Positions 58,685 to 64,000 of a DNA stretch of 64,000 nt are shown piece after piece (position 1 is the stretch's first letter; every line of letters starts with the position of its first letter). Both the position numbers and the translations under genes were made by a program. A model generated the notes under the pieces. It worked only from the letters and a program-made list of their open reading frames with translations. It was not told where the DNA came from and ran no database searches. The DNA is from Gemmatimonas sp. (GTDB lineage Bacteria > Gemmatimonadota > Gemmatimonadetes > Gemmatimonadales > Gemmatimonadaceae): assembly GCA_965279375.1 (NCBI GenBank), contig OZ257156.1:3552001-3616000 (forward strand), in the 5' to 3' direction.

Positions 58685-59901
58685 TGCGCATGCAGCGCTG
58701 GTTGCAACGCAGCGTGCGTGCCGCGGTGTTGGCAGTAGCACTCCCCATCGCCTTGCATGCACAGGCCAGCGGAGAGCGAACCGTCGATGGACGCGTACGC
58801 CGCCCCGTTGCGGTCAATGCGGATACGAACGGAACGGGCCCCGCCGCGAACGCGTGGGTCACGCTGCACCGGGTCGCCAAGGACAGCGCAGGTCCGCTCG
58901 ATTCTGTTCGCACCGATGCAGCGGGTCGCTATCGCATGCGCTGGCGTCCCTTCGGTGGTCCTGACGCCGTGTACTTCGCCTCGGTCACGTGGGGCGGGAT
59001 CGCGTACTTCACGGCGCCGCTGCGCACCACCAACGCCACCGGTGACGACGCCGAGATCACCGTCTTTGATACGACGACGCGCACCTTCCCGATGGCAGTG
59101 CGCGGTCGGCATCTGATTGTCGGCAAGGCGGACAGCAACAACACGCGCGCCATCATCGAAGTCTTCGAGTTGTCTAACGACAGCTTGCGTACGCTCGTTT
59201 CTGGCGAGGGGCCGGCGCCCGCGCCCACATGGAGCGTGGGCATTCCATCGGCGGCCACCGACGTGCGCGCCACCGAAGGCGAGATCTCGCCCGATGCCTT
59301 CGCGTTCAACGCGGGTCGCGTGTCGCTGTTCGCGCCACTGTCACCTGGCGTGAAGCAGGTGTCGTTCTCGTACGCGATGCCGGCAGCAAGCTTTCCGCTC
59401 GCCATCACGGCTGATCGCGGCGCCGTGGTGTTCGAGGTACTGCTCGAAGATCCAACGGGCACCGTGACTGCGCCCGGCTTCGCGGGCGTCGATCCAGTCA
59501 CCATCGAGAAGCGCAACTTCCGACGATTTCTTGCGCAGGACGTGAAAGACGGCGCACGCATCGTCATCGACGTTCCGACGCCAAAAGCGTCGGGACAGAA
59601 CCTGTACATCGCCGGTGTATTGGTCGTCATCGGTGTGATGATGCTGCTCGTGCTTGCTCGTGCCATTCAGCGTCGAGCGAGCACAGCGGCGACCGTCGCA
59701 GCGGCCGAGATGCCGGCGCGCGTGAGAACGCCGGACCCGCGGCTCGACGAACGACTCGCGCAAGAGATCTCCGCGCTCGATCTCTCCTTCTCGCAGATCG
59801 ACGCCCCCACGGATGAACAGCGAGCGCAGTACGACGTACGTCGGGCGACGCTCAAGCAAGCGTTGGCGCAAGCGCTTGCCGAGGTCAGCTCGGCGCGGTA
59901 G
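58681..59901 (+). CDS. Hypothetical exported protein with C-terminal TM and cytoplasmic helical tail
   Basis: Signal peptide, carboxypeptidase-reg-like start (RTDAAGRY), beta-rich body, TM, LAQEISALD..F...YDVRRATLK. Confidence 0.75.
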   Translation: MMRMQRWLQRSVRAAVLAVALPIALHAQASGERTVDGRVRRPVAVNADTNGTGPAANAWVTLHRVAKDSAGPLDSVRTDAAGRYRMRWRPFGGPDAVYFASVTWGGIAYFTAPLRTTNATGDDAEITVFDTTTRTFPMAVRGRHLIVGKADSNNTRAIIEVFELSNDSLRTLVSGEGPAPAPTWSVGIPSAATDVRATEGEISPDAFAFNAGRVSLFAPLSPGVKQVSFSYAMPAASFPLAITADRGAVVFEVLLEDPTGTVTAPGFAGVDPVTIEKRNFRRFLAQDVKDGARIVIDVPTPKASGQNLYIAGVLVVIGVMMLLVLARAIQRRASTAATVAAAEMPARVRTPDPRLDERLAQEISALDLSFSQIDAPTDEQRAQYDVRRATLKQALAQALAEVSSAR

Positions 59902-59939
59902 CTTCTGCCCGTCGCACACGGTGTGCGACAGACAATTGA

Positions 59940-60082
59940 TTTCGAGCGCGGGACACGGAAGCCGGTGAAATGCCGGCGCGGCCCCGCCACTGTAACGGGC
60001 AGTCTGTACGCGACGCTCCTCATGCCACTGGTTCGTTCAACCGGGAAGGCGAGCGCTGCGGCCCGGAGCCAGGAGACGACCC
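59940..60082 (+). ncRNA. Cobalamin riboswitch
   Basis: GGAAgCCGGTGAAATgCCGGCgCgGCCCCGCCACTGTAA...GCCACTG...GGGAAGGC...AGCCAGGAGAC (B12 box), upstream of btuF/C/D-like genes. Confidence 0.93.
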
Positions 60083-60166
60083 ACGCTCATTCTCGGACGA
60101 AGACCCTCGAGGGGGGGCTCGCGCCACGTGGTGTCGCCTTTTGCAGTGCGATGACTACGCGTGCTC

Positions 60167-60205
60167 GGGCATCTTCTCGCAGGGAGAGGATGCCCTTTGT
60201 TGTTT
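60167..60205 (+). terminator. Riboswitch expression-platform hairpin (terminator and/or RBS sequester)
   Basis: GGGCATCTTCTC-gcagg-GAGAGGATGCCC followed by TTTGTTGTTT. Confidence 0.7.
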
Positions 60206-61171
60206 CCGTGGACTCGAGCGCAGCGACGTGCTGCGCTGCTCATCGCGTGTGTCGCGCCCTGCGTCGTGATGTCGGCGTGCGCGACGGAGCGCGCGTCGGG
60301 CGGCTCGACTTCTGCAGACACAACCCGCGCGAGCACTGCGGCGCAGAGAGCGGCGCCTGCCGACACAGACGACTTTGGCGTGCCGTTGCCCACGGATGCG
60401 CGCTTCGCCTCGCGCGTCGTATCGCTCAATCCCACCGCGACGGAAGTGATCTTCGCTTTCGGAGCGGATTCGGCGCTCGTAGGCCGTAGTCGATGGGACG
60501 AGTTCCCCGCAGAGGCGTCGCGCATCCCCGCACTCGGTGATGGCATCAAGCCGAATGTCGAAGCGGTGCTCGCTGCGAAGCCTTCGCTCGTCGTTCTTTA
60601 TGCCACGGCCGAGAATCGCGCCGCCGCCGACGCATTTCGTCGAGCCGGCATCGCAACCATTGCACTCCGCGTCGATCGCGTGTCGCAGTTCATGTCATTG
60701 TGCGCGCGGCTCGGCGTCGCACTGGGACGTGCAGAGCGTGCCGGCGTGGTGGCGGACTCGGTGCAGCAAACGCTGGACCGCGTGCGAGCGCTGACGGCCA
60801 ACAGTCCGAAGGTGCGTGTGGTGTGGCCGCTCTGGCAATCGCCGGTACTGGTGGTCGGCGGCGGCAGCTACATCGACGAACTGCTCGAGATCGCTGGTGC
60901 GACGAACGTGTTCCACGAGATGGCCTCGCCGTCTCCGCAGGTGTCGGTGGAAGAGATCGCCAAGCGCGATCCGCAGGTCGTGATTGCGAGCGAGAAGTCA
61001 GCGAAGCAATTGCGCGCGTCGGCTGGGTGGCAGGCTGTTCGCGCCGTTCGCGAGAATCGCATCGTGATCGACGATCCCAAAGTGACGGGACGCCCGTCGG
61101 TGGTGCTGGGGATGGCGGCGGTGTCGCTCGCGCAGTTGCTCCACCCTGAACTGGCAGCGCAGCTCAAATGA
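60197..61171 (+). CDS. btuF: Cobalamin ABC transporter substrate-binding lipoprotein (BtuF-like)
   Basis: Lipobox MSAC; DDFG, RVVSLNPTATE, PNVEAVL..KP and GATNVF motifs; downstream of a B12 riboswitch. TTG start inferred (alternative 60161). Confidence 0.85.
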   Translation: MLFPWTRAQRRAALLIACVAPCVVMSACATERASGGSTSADTTRASTAAQRAAPADTDDFGVPLPTDARFASRVVSLNPTATEVIFAFGADSALVGRSRWDEFPAEASRIPALGDGIKPNVEAVLAAKPSLVVLYATAENRAAADAFRRAGIATIALRVDRVSQFMSLCARLGVALGRAERAGVVADSVQQTLDRVRALTANSPKVRVVWPLWQSPVLVVGGGSYIDELLEIAGATNVFHEMASPSPQVSVEEIAKRDPQVVIASEKSAKQLRASAGWQAVRAVRENRIVIDDPKVTGRPSVVLGMAAVSLAQLLHPELAAQLK

Positions 61172-62196
61172 CGCTGCCATCCGACGGTTCTGCCGCTCTG
61201 CACGACTCGTGGACGTCGCGCGTTGGCACGGCAGCGATCGCCGGACTGCTGCTGCTGGGATGTGTGGTGCTGCTGGGCGTCGCCGTTGGCGCAGTCTCCA
61301 TTCCGCTGTCCGACGCGATGCAGGCATTGCGCGGAGTTGGTGACAGCGCACTGGTGGCCATCGTGCGCGATCTGCGACTGCCACGCGTGCTGTTGGCCGG
61401 TTGTGTTGGTGCCGGCCTTTCGATGAGCGGCGGTGCACTGCAAGGCACGTTGCGCAATCCGTTGGCGGAGCCCTACCTGCTTGGTGTCTCAGGAGGCGCA
61501 GCAGTCGGCGCGGTCGTGCTGATGGGACTCGGCATTACGCAACCGGCGTTGCTCACACTCGGCGCTTTTGGTGGTGCCGCGCTCGCCACGCTCTTAGTGA
61601 CCGGTATTGCGCGCGTCGTCGGCGGCAGTGGCGATACGCGTCTCCTGCTCATGGCCGGTGTAGTGGTCGGTGCCTTCGCGAATGCGGCCATTCTCATAGC
61701 GCTGGCCGATGCACCGCCTGAACGGCTGCGCGGTGCACTCTGGTGGATGATGGGCTCTGCGGCCGATGCATCATGGCCGTCGCTGGCGCGTGTCGCGCTT
61801 GCGGTCGCGTTCTTCGGCGCGTTTCTCCTCTGGTGGGCGCGTGATCTCGATGTGTTGTCGCTAGGTGACGAGCCGGCGGCGGCACTCGGTGTGGATGTCG
61901 ATCGCGCCGCACGGCGGATCTTTCTCGTCGGATCGTGGCTGGCGGCCGCCACGGTGGCTGCGGCGGGGCTCATTGGCTTCGTCGGGCTCGTGGTACCCAA
62001 CATTGCCCGCGCACTCGGCGCGCGCAGACATCGCCACGTGCTGCTGCTCTCGGCGATCTACGGCGCCGTGCTGCTCATCGCGGCCGATCTCGTTGCTCGA
62101 ACCGTGCGCGCGCCTGCCGAGTTGCCACTCGGTGCAGTGACGGCGTTGATCGGCGTGCCGTTCTTCCTGATGCGTTTGCGGAAGCTCGCATCGTGA
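61168..62196 (+). CDS. btuC: FecCD/BtuC family ABC permease
   Basis: LRLPRV, RNPLAEPYLLGVSGGA, IGFVGLVVP and ELPLG motifs. Confidence 0.9.
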   Translation: MTLPSDGSAALHDSWTSRVGTAAIAGLLLLGCVVLLGVAVGAVSIPLSDAMQALRGVGDSALVAIVRDLRLPRVLLAGCVGAGLSMSGGALQGTLRNPLAEPYLLGVSGGAAVGAVVLMGLGITQPALLTLGAFGGAALATLLVTGIARVVGGSGDTRLLLMAGVVVGAFANAAILIALADAPPERLRGALWWMMGSAADASWPSLARVALAVAFFGAFLLWWARDLDVLSLGDEPAAALGVDVDRAARRIFLVGSWLAAATVAAAGLIGFVGLVVPNIARALGARRHRHVLLLSAIYGAVLLIAADLVARTVRAPAELPLGAVTALIGVPFFLMRLRKLAS

Positions 62197-63038
62197 CTAC
62201 GCACCCGATGCCCCTGGTGTTTGAAGATGTATCGGTCCGATATCCGGGACGGACCGCGTTCGCCTTGGACGGTGTGTCGCTCGACGCGCGATCTGGCACG
62301 ATTACGGCAGTCGTCGGTCCTAACGGAAGCGGGAAGAGCACGCTCGTTCGTTCGCTACTGCGCCGCGCGCCGCTCTCGCGAGGCCGCGTGCTGGTGGGTG
62401 GTGTTGACGTTGCTGCGATCTCGGCGCGCGAGTTTGCACAGTTGGCGGCTGTGGTACCGCAGCGCGAGGAGCCCACGCTCCCGTTGCGCGTTGACGAGTT
62501 CATCGCACTCGGTCGCCATGCGCGGCGCTCGGCGTTTGGTGCAATGCGGACAGCCGACGTACGCGCAGTCGCCGTCGCCATCGAGCGTTCGGGAGTTGGC
62601 GACACCGCGATGCGGCGCACGGATGAGCTGTCGGGCGGCGAGTGGCAGCGTGTACGAATCGCGCGCGCACTCGCGCAGGAAACGTCGATTCTGGTGCTTG
62701 ATGAACCGACGGCCTTCCTCGATATCGCACACGAGATGGCTGTCTTTGAGCTGCTCGATGCCATCGCGCGCGAAGGGCGCACCGTGATGCTCGTGAGTCA
62801 TCAACTGAATCTCGTTGCCCGGTTCGCATCGAAGATCGTGTTGATGCACGCCGGTACGGTTGCGGCCTCTGGTGCCGTCGATGACGTGATGCGAGGCGAG
62901 ATCCTGGAACGCGTCTACGACTGGCCACTGGTCGTCACTCGCGATCCTGCGGTCGGTGCACCGGCGCTGCTGCCGCTGCGCGGCCGTTCGATGGCTCGCG
63001 CGGGACAGCCGTCGGATCGGGGACGCGACGGCCGATGA
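62193..63038 (+). CDS. btuD: ABC ATP-binding protein (BtuD/FecE-like)
   Basis: GPNGSGKST, LSGGEWQRV.IARAL, LDEPT and SH motifs. Confidence 0.9.
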   Translation: MTTHPMPLVFEDVSVRYPGRTAFALDGVSLDARSGTITAVVGPNGSGKSTLVRSLLRRAPLSRGRVLVGGVDVAAISAREFAQLAAVVPQREEPTLPLRVDEFIALGRHARRSAFGAMRTADVRAVAVAIERSGVGDTAMRRTDELSGGEWQRVRIARALAQETSILVLDEPTAFLDIAHEMAVFELLDAIAREGRTVMLVSHQLNLVARFASKIVLMHAGTVAASGAVDDVMRGEILERVYDWPLVVTRDPAVGAPALLPLRGRSMARAGQPSDRGRDGR

Positions 63039-64000
63039 TTCATCTCGCGCTGCTCGCGTTCCTCACGCAGTCTGCGGACTCCGCATCAATCTGTATAGAA
63101 GATGCGCTGACCCACGCGCCGCTCACCGGCGTTCATGTCACGGCTAGCGCCACGAGCAACAGTCGCGTCAGCGCAACGAGTTGCCTGCGTGTGGTAGCCG
63201 GTCGTGTCGTTCTCCGCCACGTCGGCTATCGGCCCCGCACCATCCAACTCAGCGCAGATTCGGCAGTTCTCTATGTCGCGTTGCTGCCGCTCTCGGCGTC
63301 GAGATCGGGCGATGCCACGCTGCTTGCCGTGCGCCGAGTCGTTGCGGATGCATCGCGTCCGGCCGCAGGACGAACGGTACAGCGCGTGGATGTGGCGTCG
63401 GCGCGCGAGATGGGCATCACAAGCACGGCCGGACTGCTCGGCGCGCTGCCGTTCGCGTCTATTCGCTCGGCGCGAGGTGAGACTGGGGTTTCGCTGCGAG
63501 GCGCACGCCGCGAGCAGGTCGTCATCACGCTCGATGGCATGCCGCTGAATGATCCGTCGACTGGTGTCGCGGATGCGTCTGACGTGCCACTCGTCGCGCT
63601 CGGCGGCGCCTCCGTGGTGCTTGGCGCAGATCCGCTCAACGCAGGACCCGGTGCTTCTGGAGGCGTAGTCTCGCTCGAGAGCGCCGCGCAGCGGGCGCTC
63701 ACGGTAACCACCGGCGCCTTTGGTGTGCACGGACTCGAGGCGGCGGGAGCGGCTGCGACGGGATTGGGGCTCTGGCGTGCCACGGGCAGCTACAGAGAGG
63801 CTGCCAATGACTTCCCGTTCGAGAACGACGCCGGGGCAACGGGGGTCGGAGCGAGGGAGCGCCGCATCAACAACGACGAGACACGCTCCGCGCTTTCACT
63901 CGGCCTGACGACGGCGCGCACACAACTGGCGGTGCTCGCCTCGAGTAGTACACGTGGCATGGTGGGCCCGGCGAACGTGCGCACCTACGATGCCGACCGC
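63035..64000 (+). CDS. TonB-dependent receptor, probable BtuB-like (5' part only; runs off the window)
   Basis: Not in the ORF track because there is no stop in the window. Reads MIHLALLAFLTQ...RHVGY...VSLRGARREQVVITLDGMPLND...GGVV (plug motif). ATGA overlap with the ATPase gene. Confidence 0.8.
   Translation, partial: MIHLALLAFLTQSADSASICIEDALTHAPLTGVHVTASATSNSRVSATSCLRVVAGRVVLRHVGYRPRTIQLSADSAVLYVALLPLSASRSGDATLLAVRRVVADASRPAAGRTVQRVDVASAREMGITSTAGLLGALPFASIRSARGETGVSLRGARREQVVITLDGMPLNDPSTGVADASDVPLVALGGASVVLGADPLNAGPGASGGVVSLESAAQRALTVTTGAFGVHGLEAAGAAATGLGLWRATGSYREAANDFPFENDAGATGVGARERRINNDETRSALSLGLTTARTQLAVLASSSTRGMVGPANVRTYDADR

Noticed and set aside
59923..60489. 188-aa ORF over the riboswitch
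   Set aside because: Overlaps the cobalamin aptamer and btuF out of frame; not protein-like.

Overview
High-GC bacterial chromosomal segment. It is probably Gemmatimonadota (Gemmatimonas-like); this is inferred from the combination of SusC/SusD, PEP-CTERM, plug-only TonB-like proteins and an hprK-mannose PTS-ptsI-metK block. 0-15.5 kb: miaB, comEC, a DUF4157-like zincin, fbp, a split methylmalonyl-CoA mutase large subunit, an alginate-export-type barrel, a PEP-CTERM gene with a sigma54-like promoter, an MFS transporter, tyrA, a MOSC protein and a plug-only protein. 15.6-26.2 kb (minus strand): M1 aminopeptidase, SGNH esterase, SusC, SusD and M28 peptidase. 26.4-40.7 kb is an accessory-looking region rich in exported metal/redox proteins: two CHRD/Ig lipoprotein paralogs (one with a cupredoxin domain), ArsR/SRPBCC, FKBP, an omega-aminotransferase, an ECF sigma/anti-sigma pair, a porin + cupredoxin + Cache-HAMP-Ser/Thr kinase module, a Zn-ribbon protein and a Tat lipoprotein with two Rieske domains. 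40.8-64 kb is a long plus-strand housekeeping run: fmdB-like, argS, pfkB, purM, rib genes, nusB, GT4, hpf, hprK, PTS, metK, DUF151, a cobalamin riboswitch, btuFCD-like genes and a partial TonB receptor. I saw no tRNA, rRNA, CRISPR array or mobile element. The best candidates for an undescribed system are the porin-cupredoxin-HAMP kinase module and the Ig-stalked redox lipoproteins. All functions come from motif recognition; no database searches were run.
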